From NCBI GenBank assembly GCA_051362555.1, contig CM120649.1:1860001-1924000 (forward strand): a stretch of DNA of 64,000 nt. The letters run 5' to 3'. This DNA is from Lingula anatina (taxonomy: Eukaryota; Animalia; Brachiopoda). This document shows positions 1 through 12,432 of this stretch, one piece after another (positions within the stretch are counted from its first letter, which is position 1; every line of letters starts with the position of its first letter). The notes beneath the pieces were generated by a model. It was given only the letters and a program-made list of their open reading frames with translations. It ran no database searches and was not told where the DNA came from. Position numbers and translations under genes: made by a program.

Positions 1-180
1 TCATTCTTATTTGCTCACCAGCCATCCATGAGGATCTATCTGACCTTCATAAGGGTGTCCTGGTCGCTATACCACCTGAATATTAACATCTACTCACGTA
101 ATTCTGATGAAGGTCAGGTTGGCCGAAAGCTTACTATATGAAAGATTTCTCGGCTTGTGTTTGATAATGTTCATTTATGA
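1..180 (+). mobile_element. Penelope-like element 3' end (pLTR) remnant, paralogous to 23812-24001
   Basis: Co-linear similarity to the 3' part of the GIY-YIG-containing element at 23505-24001 (e.g. cgctataccacctg, ctcacgt, ttctcggcttgtgt, catttatgact); contains a hammerhead core. Confidence 0.75.
94..141 (+). ncRNA. Minimal type-I hammerhead ribozyme motif (Penelope-associated), copy 1
   Basis: CTGATGA at 104-110; stem II ggtc-aggtt-ggcc; GAAA at 125-128; palindromic AGCT stem III; imperfect stem I (tcacgtaat/actatatga). Confidence 0.65.
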
Positions 181-266
181 CTGGTATATTACTGAATGCA
201 CCAAAATGTGCTGTAATGAAAAACGGGGTCAAGGTGTTTCTCAAATGTATTTTTCGTTTCTTTCAG

Positions 267-280
267 AATCTACGAAATAA
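267..280 (+). CDS. Terminal coding micro-exon of an EGF-array paralog (copy A; rest of gene upstream of window)
   Basis: tttctttcAG|aa tct acg aaa TAA mirrors terminal exons at 24099-24112 and 32968-32981; 430-560 is homologous to the 3' flank at 33055-33183. Confidence 0.5.
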
Positions 281-1893
281 ACGCCAGAAAATGAAATAAC
301 AAAAATATGCTAGGGAGGATACAAAGTTATTTGATTAATTTCAGAACCAAATATATAATAGATATATAAATGAATAATATATATTCATTTGGACATTTAT
401 TAAAATTATATCTGACTTAAAAATATCAAATGAAAATAAAATATTTTGGGTATTGCATTTGGTTCTTTTTCGTGCTCCTCAATTTTCATATCTCATTTGA
501 TTTGCTATTTATGACTCTCAGCATAAAATCCTAAGTCGTATTTAGTTAAAGTACGAACAGAAATTTAATTAATCAGTGAAGATAGTAAGGCACCTTTCCA
601 AAATGAATTAACATAAAACCTACATGTTACGCTATAAATACCAGTCCCACGTGGAAATGAAGGCATCTGGACAACAGCACATGAACCAAAAATTATTATG
701 GAAATATTTTAGCAATTGTCAAGATATAAACCCACGTCTTCATTCTGAAGATTGTGTCTTTTGTTACTGCATCTGTCGATACTGTAATTTTGTCGTTGAC
801 CAAATTTAAAAGTAAACATAGTTTTGATTTGGTTCGTAGAAATACATGGTCGCCAAACAGTATGCTAAAACAGAGGTCGTAAACAAACATCGCTTTTCAT
901 ATAGCCAAATAAGTGATTTATATCATCCACAGCGTCATGCGGGTTTCCATCATTTTTAATTCTGACGTCCTGTATCAGAGTAGCACTGATTTTAAATGGG
1001 TGATGCAAATAGAATAGCTATAAGAAGCCTTCTTTGGTTGAATATTTGGCTGTCTAGACCTCGTCTAGGTTTTTAGGCATGCACAACACTCGCACACACG
1101 CACACACACACGAGAGAGAGAAATAGGGAGAGAGAGCGTGAGTGAGAGGGGGGGTGAGGAAAGCTTGACCGATGTTACAGATGTATTTATTTGTTTAAGT
1201 GTTATTTACTAGAATTAAATCGTGGCCTCTTTGCAACCCCACAAATTAAAACGTCTGCACTATGTTGTTTGGGAATTATATATAAAATAGTCTTTTCAGA
1301 CGTAAAATCTACGTATTTTGGCACTGTCACAATTATTTCATTTTAACATCAAAATTTAATTCATTTTAGTACAAGGATTCACAATAAAAGCGGCCGCCAT
1401 CGGCCAAATTTCGAACATCATACTTGAGTTTGTCATTTTATTGCTTCTTTCTCGGCATCGTATTGAACTTTTCGATCAAGGAGACATAAATGGTGTCTGC
1501 TGACAAATTCGCCTCCAGGATAATCAATACGGCTTAACAAGCATCGCTTTTCACATAGTCATGTATTGGAGGTTATTTCATATCTACCAAAACGCCGTAC
1601 GAGTTTTCATTACTTTTTTATTTCGACGCCCTGGGTCAAAGTAGCGCTGAAGTAAACTGGGTGATGCAGTATTAACAAACTATTGACAACATTTAGTTTA
1701 AGTGATTTTTATTCTGAAGAGTGAGGGAAAAAATGCTGACCAAAAGTGCACAAAAAGTGTCAGGTGGACATTTTTTTTACAAAATTAATTCCATAAATAG
1801 TAGTTACCCTGCCTTATTAAAATGCTCAAAATATACGAATTGAAATATATCAACTGAATGAGCATGGGTATCATTTTATAATCCTCATTTCAG

Positions 1894-2007
1894 TTTCGTG
1901 CGACAAGTATGGCTGCTGGAATGGCGGAACGTGTTTAGCTTTTGTTTTAAATTTTTGACCATTGTTTATTTGTCCCAAGGGTTACTACGGAACATTGTGA
2001 GAAAAAG
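1894..2007 (+). pseudogene. Decayed 114-bp EGF exon (copy B)
   Basis: tttcAG|...|GTaatc, phase 1-1; reads SCDKYGCWNGGTCLAFVLNF*PLFICPKGYYGTL*EK with TGA at 1956 and 1998; paralog of 21492-21605 and 30796-30909. Confidence 0.85.
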
Positions 2008-2048
2008 GTAATCCGTGTCTTTCTAATACTGCATATATTGTAGTATTG

Positions 2049-2286
2049 AACTAGAAAAGCACTCCGAGAGCGCAGACATCCGCCAAGGCAGTGATTGTTT
2101 TATTATTATTGATTATTGATTGATTAATAATCCGGATCACCACCATATTAATCATCTCTTCCTTGGCCCACTTCTGACAGTTGCTGAAAATTTCATCAAA
2201 ATCGATCCATAACTTTAATTTTTGAGTTATGTTGATAACAGTCAAACAGGGATGTAAACATATAACCTCCTTGGCGGTGGTAAAAA
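2049..2286. mobile_element. Short non-autonomous Helentron/HINE-like element
   Basis: Sub-terminal inverted repeat ccgccaagg (2080-2088) / ccttggcgg (2269-2277); terminal hairpin aacctccttggcggtggtaa; lies in A/T-rich flanks. Confidence 0.6.
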
Positions 2287-2653
2287 TAACAACTAATAGC
2301 TCTTAGTTGTGAAGCATGCAGCGAAAGAAATTGCACAGTAAATTTACCAACGCAAAATTTGATGCTGGAAGATAGTAACCAGAACCAGTAATAGTAACCT
2401 CTGTAGACTGATATCAAGCCATATGGTTGTGCATGTAGATATCTTTTTTTTAGCTATAAAATCATATTCAAACATGTGGAACTCATGAAAACACGTCCTA
2501 TGGCTCTGCACCTCTGTTTATTAATTATAGTTCAACTAAAAAATTCAGGTGATTAGATGGACGTTATGAAAACACGTCATGAAATTACGTTCATTAAGGC
2601 GGTTTAAATGTTCTTTTGCAGGCGAGTGCCAACGTATATTTTTTTTCAGTTCA

Positions 2654-2702
2654 TCACATATTACCTACTATAAGTTTGTCACATAAGTATGGTCCAGGGC
2701 AT
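2654..2702 (-). CDS. Sib-like gene, last visible exon (RCPGPYLCDKLIVGNM*)
   Basis: tttacAG acceptor at 2703-2704, phase 2 matches; ends at TGA 2654-2656 or at an alternative GTAATA donor at 2664. Confidence 0.65.
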
Positions 2703-3016
2703 CTGTAAATATAATATAATATAATATAATATAATATAATATAATATAATATAATGAAATGTAATGTAATGTATTGTAATGTAATGTTATATATTTTTTG
2801 CAGATTCGTATTTATTTTTTCTTTCTCTTCTACATGAATATACAATAAGTAAGATCAGTAGACATGATAATAAAATTAATCGATTAGCCTAAGTATTGAG
2901 CATGCTAGACGTGCCAGGCATCAGAGCCGCTTAAGCCGAGCGTAACTTGGCGTTGATTCGATCTGTTCAGTTTGATCTAGGTAAAGGAACAGGGTCTTCA
3001 ATGAGTTAGAACGTAC

Positions 3017-3172
3017 CTATCACTGCCAAAGGCTTGATAACAAACCAGGTGGTGTCCGCGCTGTGCAGTGGTCGGGGTCCAGGTTATGTTAACCGAGGCC
3101 ATGGTACGACTTTCGGTAACCATTGCACCCACATTAGCACCGGTTGGTGGAACGACGATGATGTCATTTATT
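3017..3172 (-). CDS. Sib-like gene exon (INDIIVVPPTG...ITWTPT...VCYQAFGSD)
   Basis: AG/GTACGT boundaries, 156 bp, phase 2-2. Confidence 0.85.
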
Positions 3173-3356
3173 CTACATGTGTGGAAAGAAGTGGACGTTA
3201 TGGATATAATATATCCATGGGTGTGGATTATGTACATGTCATGTCGATACACAGATTTCGTTGACAACTGACGTCTTAACTACATGATATTTTAAATAAA
3301 TGTCCACCGTAGGCTGATAGAACAAGGAAGCAAAGTGCTTGCAGGTGCATACATAC

Positions 3357-3484
3357 CCACTGGGATAAGTTGCTATTAGGTTTTTGGTGAAGGTTTGCCC
3401 AGCACGTAGGTTTTTTGTCTGTGGCGGAGTTGTAAAGGTTGGCGGGTTGCTGCAATTACAGCCATCCTTTATGCGAGCAAGATA
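3357..3484 (-). CDS. Sib-like gene exon (YLARIKDGCNCSNPPTF...TYPSG)
   Basis: tttcAG/GTATGT boundaries, 128 bp, phase 0-2. Confidence 0.85.
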
Positions 3485-3927
3485 CTGAAATAACCCAGTT
3501 ATTTTCACTCATTATAAAACATTAATTTGTGACAAATGAGAATTTCAGAAACACATACGTCGCCTTAAAATAAATAAATAAATAAATAAATAAATAAATA
3601 TTTCATGTATGTCTGTGGCAGTAAAAGAAGCAAAGTCAGTCTCTGAATATGTAGCGACATTAAGCAAGCAACATGGTTCATAAAAGGGCATTAAATATGT
3701 AACGATCTGTCCTACAAACGGACATGCGTAAGTGGGGCATAATGTCTCTTGTGGAAACAAAAGGAGGTTCATTCTGTTTGATAATTAGGTAGACAATACT
3801 ACAGGGAACAGCTACGCCATGGGGTCGTCAATGCTTATAGGGTTAACCACACAGTCCTTTTCAAATTTTTATGCTCGCCAATGTTTTCATTTTTTTAAAT
3901 TAAAACATTCATGTTAACATTCCTAAC

Positions 3928-4083
3928 CTGCAGCGGGACCTTCGACAATGGAGTTGTTTCGTCTTTCTGTACTCCACCCTGTGTTATGTTTGTTGCTGGG
4001 AAATCTTCCAACATTATTGCTACTGGATATAACCCACTACGGTAAAGATTTCGCTTAGAAGACGGGATAATAAGGGTGCAGTT
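3928..4083 (-). CDS. Sib-like gene exon (NCTLIIP...YPVAIMLEDFP...PLSKVPLQ); absent from ORF track
   Basis: tttcAG/GTTAGG boundaries, 156 bp, phase 0-0. Confidence 0.85.
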
Positions 4084-4104
4084 CTGAAATTAATTGATAT
4101 TTTA

Positions 4105-4365
4105 CTATTGACAGCTATTTCACTGTTGACACTATTGTAAGTTATAAGGTAGTCAGAAATCCAAAATACGAGTAAGTTTCACTGTTGACACACTCTACTG
4201 TAAGTCGAAGTTGCCCAAAAATACAAAAGAAACGCTGTCTTCATTGTTGACACACTCTATTGTAAGTCGGAGTTGCCCAAAAATTAAAAAGAAATACTGT
4301 TTTCATTGTTGACACACTCTATTGTAAGCTATAAGTTACTCAGAAATCCAAAAATCGAGTAAGCC
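4105..4365. repeat. Intronic minisatellite, ~55-62 bp unit, ~4-5 copies
   Basis: Recurring tttca(c/t)tgttgacacactcta(c/t)tgtaag...aaaa unit. Confidence 0.8.
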
Positions 4366-4952
4366 TAAGTTGGTCACTTCTACTGTAGTAGTGTTAAATT
4401 ACGTCAGGTATGGCGATTTCATTGGGTAATACTGTTTGAGATTGTCCAAATATAAGTATAGCAGAATACGGTTTTGTAAAAAAAATCAATATTTTGGCTT
4501 TGCCTTCATAGAGGATTTTGAAATTATGTATACAAGAGGCGGATATTACGCCTCGTAAACTGAGCTACAGCATGTGCTACAGCATCAATAGTTTGGCGCA
4601 AACATATAGTGCAAAACAGAGAAACATCGGTATAGACAGGCTGGTGAACCTATTTTCATTTCGAAGTCGCAAAAAAGGGGGGAAATGAAATAAAATGATC
4701 TGAAATAATATTCCATATTGAATGTCAAGGCTGTATTAAAAACCCATTGAAAGCGGTGGCGAGAATGTAAAACAAGTTCATAAGTTTAAGGTATTTGGCA
4801 CTGGATTGACTAACCCGGAGAAAAGACTGAGTCAAAAAAGGTAAGGCAATTCCTTTACTTTGTAAAGAAATTGAAAGCTTAAACCAGATGTTTGTCTATT
4901 AAAACGGTATTTTACACACACACACACACGCGACTGCGCGCACGCACAGACG

Positions 4953-4992
<40 letters not shown>

Positions 4993-5049
4993 TAGTATGT
5001 TTATGTCGATTAGTAGAAAAAGAGAAAGACAGAGAGAAAGTTTACGTAC

Positions 5050-5188
5050 TGGATACAAAGTTGACCCCGGCAGTCTCCCACAGATTTGGCCGCACTCAGG
5101 ATAACCTTTTGCCCAGCGACATCTTACAATATCCCCATCTACATCAACATTCGGGATGTCAAATTGATAGCCACATGTAACATCCATG
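5050..5188 (-). CDS. Sib-like gene exon (MDVTCGYQFDIPNVDVDGDIVRCRWAKGYPECGQICGRLPGSTLYP)
   Basis: caatAG/GTACGT boundaries, 139 bp, phase 2-0. Confidence 0.9.
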
Positions 5189-5678
5189 CTATTGAAAATA
5201 AAAATAACGATAACGATCATTTCAATTAAAGTTGATCAACATGCTTTTAACGAGTTCTTCAGCGGATTGTATTGACGCTTCCTTTGGATTTATATTATAC
5301 TTAGGTGTCAAAAATCAAGCGGTGATCCGTGAGAATTTATTTGCACTATATGCACTATAAAGTGACTTACTCTTGGATTCAAATTAACCAATTACCTTCC
5401 AATAAATGGTTAGCGTATCTACACTGAAAGCCTTCACCAACATTACTTGAAGTCTTTTACTTCCTCCCAAAATGTTTTGCGTTACTATGAAAGCAAGGGA
5501 CTAGTTTATGGCCAGTTGTGTACAACTGACGTCGAAGCTAGTTTCGTAAAACACTTACTTACTCCTCAAGATAAAATGACAAAAAGCATGATAAAACTTT
5601 GCCGATAAGAAATTAACATAAACTGAGACCCAGGGGGAACCCAAAGGGAGTGCCCTTTGGAGAGTTAAAATATACCTG

Positions 5679-5807
5679 CAGGGGCGAATCTAGGCTTATT
5701 TGAAGGGGGGTCCGCGGATTTGGTATATCGTTTAGAACTATGATTCAGCTACTCAAAATTCTAATTTCAAGGGGGATCTTCCTGACCACCCCCTATATCC
5801 GCCACTG
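5679..5807 (+). mobile_element. MITE with CAGGGGCG...CGCCACTG termini (same family as 36981-37252)
   Basis: Terminal inverted repeats; shares ttatttgaaggggg and aaaattctaattt with the reverse-oriented copy. Confidence 0.7.
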
Positions 5808-5923
5808 CATCCGGAAACAGTTTGCTTTGACATATTTGATCCGTCGGATGTAAAATGAAAGACCGTGCAGAACAAGCTGGTCTGCGGACTAACAGATGCT
5901 GGGATCAAATATGGCTGACCAAC

Positions 5924-6083
5924 ATTAAAGCAGAGCCGACTAATCCGCTGATGGTCTCCCAGCCTCCACATGCACCGTCCCTGCAGTAGTCTTGCAATAA
6001 ACACACCGAGGCATGATTTAATCAGTTTGATTGCACGTGCGGAGGCGGGGGACCATCGGCAGATTAGTCGGCTCCTCTTTAAT
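5924..6083. repeat. Long inverted repeat (hairpin MITE fragment)
   Basis: gagccgactaatccgctgatggtctccc (5933-5960) pairs with ggggaccatcggcagattagtcggctc (~6048-6074). Confidence 0.75.
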
Positions 6084-6711
6084 ATCGGGTCGGACACATT
6101 TAGTCTGCTGATCAGTAGGTTCGCGGATTATCTGTTCTGAATGCTCTCTAATTAGACTGTAGTGTGAACCCCTCCAAAGGTAGATACCGGGAATAAAACT
6201 TACGTGTTATGCAAATGAGATCTCACGGTCACTGTACACAAATCTAGGAGAAAATACAACGTATCTTTCTGTTTAATTTTTAATAATTTCAAATAATTTT
6301 AGAGCCCGTTTTTTCAATATGACAAGCAGATTATTCTTTTCAGAACTGCATTCTGTGTGTTTTCATTCGGCTTATTTATGAAATGTACAGGACAAAAGCT
6401 CGGATTTTCTTTTAGACGTTCAGAGATGCAAATCTTACTGTAGAACTCAAACACATATTCTTCAACGCTAACACCTTTTAAAAGTTTCAAACGTAACTTA
6501 ATTTTGCAGAAATCTAGTAAAATCATGTAGCCATATGTAATATCCACAAATCGTGGATTTTCCCAGTATACAGTTTTACTCAGTGTTAACGTGGGCGAAA
6601 TGCTGAAATTGAGTCAATGGTATAAAAGCCTGTGATTATACATGTAGTTAAGGAAAGCAATATTAAATAATCAATTTCAGATTATCTGCAGAACGTGAAC
6701 GCTGTACTTAC

Positions 6712-6852
6712 TCAGCAAGGGATTTGCTTGCGGTTGCAGGGCTTGCATTTGGTTTTCCCGTGTCGTTTCGGATACCAGCATTATATTCGGTTGCAATTCT
6801 CCAACCTTTTCTAGACCCTATTGCCAGCTGTACCCAGCAACAGTCGGAATAG
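6712..6852 (-). CDS. Sib-like gene exon (YSDCCWVQLAIGSRKGWRIATEYNAGIRNDTGKPNASPATASKSLA)
   Basis: ctcAG/GTAAGT boundaries, 141 bp, phase 2-2. Confidence 0.9.
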
Positions 6853-6974
6853 CTGAGGTGTTTAAAATGTGTAATAACGAGACACGTAAATGCATGCATG
6901 CATCTGTTGGATTCAATAAATAATTTGCCTTAAAACGGCGGAGTAATATTCTGCATCATTTAGGCCATGAGCTG

Positions 6975-7240
6975 TAATAATAATAATAATAATAATAATA
7001 AAACACTTCTTTAAAACCGCGCTACACATGCGTCTCAGCGCTGTTTACATAATAATATAAACTCCACAGATAAATTAAAGCCAGTATAGACTAAAAAACA
7101 GGATACTTAAAAATTTTAAAAAACTAAAAAGATGCTATGAATTAAAGTATTCTTTAAATAAAAAAGTTTTTAAATTCTTCTTAAAACAGTAATATGAGTC
7201 ATCCAGAGACACATTAGATCTTGTGATAAAATTAGACAAT
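6975..7240 (-). mobile_element. L2/CR1-group LINE 3' end
   Basis: ORF2 tail FKKNLKTFLFKEYFNS*, then an agcgct...agcgc stem and a (TAT)n tail. Confidence 0.7.
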
Positions 7241-8013
7241 AAAATCCTGTACACTTTGTTGGTACCAAAAAGGGACGAACTATCATAGTGATTTCTTTTA
7301 GTAAGGCATATGTCTATTTTGTCCAAACATGTGTGATAGCATTCTATTGCACAACTTATATTACCCCAACCCGCCAGCGACAAGTGTTAACCTATTATTA
7401 TTATTATTTCTAAATGCGTATAGGTGCCTGACGTTTGTTGTATGTATTTAAATGCTGAACACTGTTTTTACAGCGAATTGTAGAATTTTCGGACTATCGT
7501 TACCGACAGGATGTAATGAAAGCATAAAGAAACTATTAAAGTTAATATCGCACCATCATCTTGATGTTCGATTGTTCATTACTTACGGAAAAGATTAAAT
7601 AGACATCAATAATAATAATAATAATAATGTAACGAACTTTATCAAAATATGAAGAAAATGTGTGTTAAAGTAAAAATGATAGTTGTTTTTCTGTCTTTAG
7701 TTAACTAGCGAATTTCCCCAACTTGTTTTTTAGAAATATATTCTAATAGATTTCCTCGCAAGGTCTGCTTACTCAAGGATGAATTAATTCAATTTTATTT
7801 TTGGTCAACAGTGAAATACACCTCTATATTGGTTTTGGGTGTAAAGTGTTATGCTTTTGAACAAAATTTGGAGCCTCGAGCGTCTTTTGTAGAAAATAAT
7901 GTAGGAAAGGAAGAATGAACAACATAAAAGCAAACTATAAATAACACAACCATCGTTAAAATATTTTGTATGCACGTTTGGATAAAATGTAGAATACTTC
8001 CCATTTTCAAACC

Positions 8014-8563
8014 CAGGCCTACCCAACTACCAGACTCGGCACCTAAGGATCCTGAATAAACCGGTATATCGGACCACACTACCCGTTTTCAAGGTGTGTG
8101 TCAGATCGCATTTCGGAGTATAATACCCCAGAACAAATTTTGTAGCACGACTGCGGGCTCATCCACGCTCGGCTGAACAACCTTAAACTGTACTCTTACT
8201 TTAGAGTATTCTATTTTATTGTCTCTATGGGGATATATGGGGACTTTACGACATTCGGTTTGAATGTTTTAACCACTTTTGATAGGGCTTTTTGCATTGT
8301 ATTAGATTAATGTGACAGTCTAAGGTTCATCTAGGTGGCTTTCAAATTTATGCACCCGGTTTTAAAATCATATAGCGATTTTACGACAATCGTTTACTAT
8401 CCAAACAAGGTGACAGCTGAGCATGCCAGGGCTCATCCTGTCGGTGTTCTGGCTGATACTCCGAAATGCGATCTGACACACACCTTGAAAACGGGTGGTG
8501 TGGTCGGATATACCGGTTAATTCAGGATCCTTAGGTGCTGAGTCTGGTAGTTGGGTAGGCCTG
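8014..8563. mobile_element. MITE with ~105-bp TIRs and a 5-bp TSD (hAT5-like, tentative)
   Basis: CAGGCCTACCCAACTACCAGACTC... inverted at both ends; AAACC duplicated at 8009-8013 and 8564-8568. Confidence 0.85.
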
Positions 8564-8789
8564 AAACCATACCCATGAGATATGATCTAGTGAAATAAAT
8601 TGGCAAATAATAATTGTTGAACGAGAACAATTTATACTGCTTTTTAAGAGTGTGAGATATTTTAGATATACATTGTATCTAGGTATATAACGCAAGCAAA
8701 GTCGCTAAGCCCATTTTCTTGATGCCAAAAGGTTACATGTAAAGCTCTGTTTTCGTCTTTCAGCATTTTAGAAACCTCGACTGATTTAA

Positions 8790-10893
8790 CCCTCATCCAC
8801 AAGGAAATGGAACCCCACGTAAACCCTGAAACTGGGCCTTGGAGGCCCGGTGTACCATGAAAATCTGACTCCCCTAAAATGTGACTCCCCAGTCAGATTT
8901 TCATAATGAAAATGTGACTCCCCCTATGAAATTTTGACTACCCCCCCCCCCCAAAAAAAAAAAAAAAAAAACATTGATAATTCTCATTTAATTTGAGTAA
9001 ATGACTATGATCTTGTACCTTGTAGTATGCTAAATGGAGGACACATTGGCACATTTTGTTAGTGTGCAGGTGAAAATTTTCATGAAAAAATAAAAAGAAT
9101 TAAAGATTTTTATTTAACCACCCAAGGACTCACCTATGAAAAAGCTTTTTATTTGACATTCGATGACCATTTCAACATCTTTCTTTTTTGGATACTTTAT
9201 GAAGTTTATATTGGAAGTACTTGAAAGTTTGATGGTAAAAAAATTTGGTGAACAAAAAACACATGAAAAATGATAAAAATTAAGATTTATATTCTATCAC
9301 CCAATGATTCCCCTTTGAAAAAACTATTTATTTGTTATTTGATGATCATTCTGACATCTTTTCTTTTAGGATACTTTATGAAGAATATATTGGAAATATT
9401 TGAAAGTTTGAATGGAAAAAATACTGGGTGAAAATATATGAAAAACATTTATGAAAATCTTCATTTTCATATGCATGGAATTTGGACTCCTATGGACTCC
9501 CATTAGTGAAAGGCATGATTTTATATTTGCTGTTGTTTTTCCCAATTTTTCCCAAAGCTGAATGAAAAATGGGGATTGATGATTTTAAATGGATAATGAA
9601 TTTGCATTTATGTACCCATAGGATTTTGACTCCCCTAGTCTTTCAAATATTTCCAATATAATCTTCATAAAGTAAAAGTTACGGAAAGGTGTTGAAATTA
9701 TCATCAAATATTGAACAGATAGCTTTTTCATAGGGGAGTTATTGGGTGATAAAATGCATATTTTAATTTTTTTTTTTTCATGTTTTCTTTTTAGTTTTTT
9801 ACCCAATAATTTACCATCAAACTTTCAAATATTTCCAATTGTTCTTATAAAGTAAAAGTAAAGGAAATATGTTGAAATGATCATCAAATATTAAATAGAT
9901 GGCTTTTTCACAGGGGAGTCACTGGATGATAAAATGCACATATTTAATTTTTATATTTTTCATGTTTTCTTTTTAGTTTTTTCACCCAATAGTTTACCAT
10001 CAAAATTTCAAAAAATTCCAATTTAATCTAATTAAAGTAAATTTAAAGGAAAAATGTAGAAATGATAATCCAATATAAAATAAATAGCTTTTTCCTAAGA
10101 GAGACAATGGGCGGTTGACTGCACATTTTTAATTTTCTTATTTTTTTCTTGAACATTTTCACCTGCAAACTAAAAAAAAGTGCCAATGTATCCGCAATTT
10201 TACATACTACAAGATTACAGTCATATACTCAAATAAAATAAGATTTTTGAAGTTTTGTGGAGGGGGAGTCAAATGTTCATTGGGAGAGTCAGATGTTCAT
10301 TATAAAAATCTGACTGGGGGAGTCAGATTTTCATGTTACACCGGTCGATTGCGCGCTTTACCTCCACCTGGGTGAGTATACACTGTGTATGGAACATGCG
10401 GAAAAATCTCTTTTTTTCTCAAAATGGAAAGTTTTGTAGAGCTAGCGCAGTCTATCAGGTATGTAATAATGATAGATTTAAATTGATATCTGCATATCAG
10501 GTGACCAAGGTGACCGATTACTCACATATAATAATTTCTCCAGGTCTTGAATCTTTCACAGGCAGATTTCTATTCTATTCTATATACTTGACATTGTTTG
10601 AACAAAGCTCCACACAAATGTACAACCTTATATACACATGCTCCCATGTGGAAGTAAAATTATCAAGGGACGGGCGTCAAAGGCCCGGTTTCCAGGAAAT
10701 AGGACTAACTTTTGGAAAAGTTAATTTCTACATAGGGTGTAAATTATTTCAAAACTAATTATATATCCATTGATGGGGTATAAGTTGCTTAAGGATTACA
10801 TGAAAGGAACAGGCTCAAAACCTCATGTGAACGAAAAGAGAGCAAAAGAAACATGGGTCCGGGCCTGCGAGGCCTCTGAAAGGTGGGAGAGGG
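8790..10893. mobile_element. piggyBac-type MITE (TTAA TSD) hosting a Ginger insertion
   Basis: TTAA|ccctcatccac ... gtgggagaggg|TTAA; internal inverted repeat 8824-8849 / 10671-10696. Confidence 0.6.
8851..10340. mobile_element. Non-autonomous Ginger1-type DNA transposon (foldback)
   Basis: TGTA...TACA termini; CCGG duplicated at 8847-8850 and 10341-10344; long TIRs with repeated tgactcccc; near whole-element palindrome. Confidence 0.85.
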
Positions 10894-12163
10894 TTAACGA
10901 AGATGTAGTCGTGAAATTCGAGACTACATCGAGGTCAATCCCAGTTTTCCCAGAGACGCTACGCAGAAATGTCGAGTGACGCGAACATTGCCGAAAATCA
11001 GAGGTGTGGGTCATGGGCTAATTTGTTAATGTGCATGATACATTGTGACGTTGTTGTGTTAATATTTTTAATGAAGCTAATTTATGTTGTTTAATTTATA
11101 TGATCAATTACCGTATGTGCTTGCATACGTGTATAATGTAAACGAAGTGCGGGTCTGCACAGGGTATTTAACAAATGTTAAAGTTTGTTTTAAAGTTATG
11201 TTATTTGTTTGTAATATATTGTATTCATAGTGGAATTCGTTGTTTTTTTTTTTTTTTTTTTTTTGGCTGCGCTTGTCCGTAACAACATATATTTGAGGAT
11301 TTGCCTGTGACATACGCTCTGCAAGTGGAACTATTGATAATGAACAACAGACGGACTCTCGCTTTTTCATAAACCTATTGATTACTTACTTTGCGTCAAC
11401 CGCTAACCTTGGCTGCTTTCTGATCAAGAAGTTATTTTTTACAATAACCGTAATTCTCGTATGTACGCAATACGTTATATTTGATCAATTCGCTAGAATT
11501 GTCATATATAAACCGTTATAATAAATGAAACACTTTGATCAGTTCTTATGAAAACTGTGGGTTAAAGGGCCCCCAAGGTAAAAATTTTTTGTAAAGCCAT
11601 TTATTTCACTTGTTACCTACCAGGACCAGGTGGTTTTAAAACAACTGGGAAAAGAAATTTTGATGAGAGAGCCCACAAATCCCCTGTCAATCAATCCACG
11701 TGTAGATACACCTATATACAATATGTCTTAGTATAAGGCACAGTGTTATATTACATTTCGTTTGTCCATATTGAAGCAATAATGCATGATGTCTAACAGC
11801 ATAATCACCATCAATTTGAATATCATGTTGTGGACGAAAAGAAAATGTAATTGAATATAATTGGGCTTCTAGCACATGTCTTAGCATACAAAATGAAATA
11901 TTTACAAAAATGGAAAAAGGTTGGCACATTTTTTTTTATTTTTTACTCACCAACATTACCTGTTGTAAAATACAAAATTAAATATTCACTAAAAAAAGTC
12001 TGCGCACTGATTACACACTAATATTTCAGCTCACCAACTGTGCGCTTCTGTCTGTTTGTGCCAGATACTAGTAACCTATACCAATGAATGATGTACATGT
12101 ATGAAGGCTTATTGACCACGAAATGGTTGGGTAATGGTGGAGGACAAACAGACATAGACTTAC

Positions 12164-12296
12164 CCAAACGAAAACACACCAGAGTGTGGCAGAGTGTAAT
12201 GAAACTCATTTTTCCCGAATTGCCAGTTGTCAATTGGGTCTACTACGCCTATGCCATAGTATCTATAAGGAGCAATGTCCACTTGGGTTCCGCAGC
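12164..12296 (-). CDS. Sib-like gene exon (GCGTQVDIAPYRYYGIGVVDPIDNWQFGKNEFHYTLPHSGVFSFG)
   Basis: tttAG/GTAAGT boundaries, 133 bp, phase 1-2. Confidence 0.85.
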
Positions 12297-12432
12297 CTAA
12301 AGTTAAAGATAAGGGGGGATAGCTAAATGTGCTATTGTGATGTCACAACTTGGAGCTGTCCCCTGAACAAACTAGACTCAACAATGCTGAAATAATGCGG
12401 ATTATCTGTGAGCATCAGAGAACTATACCTAC

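Noticed and set aside
10333-11014. ORFs of 63-141 aa
   Set aside because: Lie within or across MITE sequence; no recognisable motifs.
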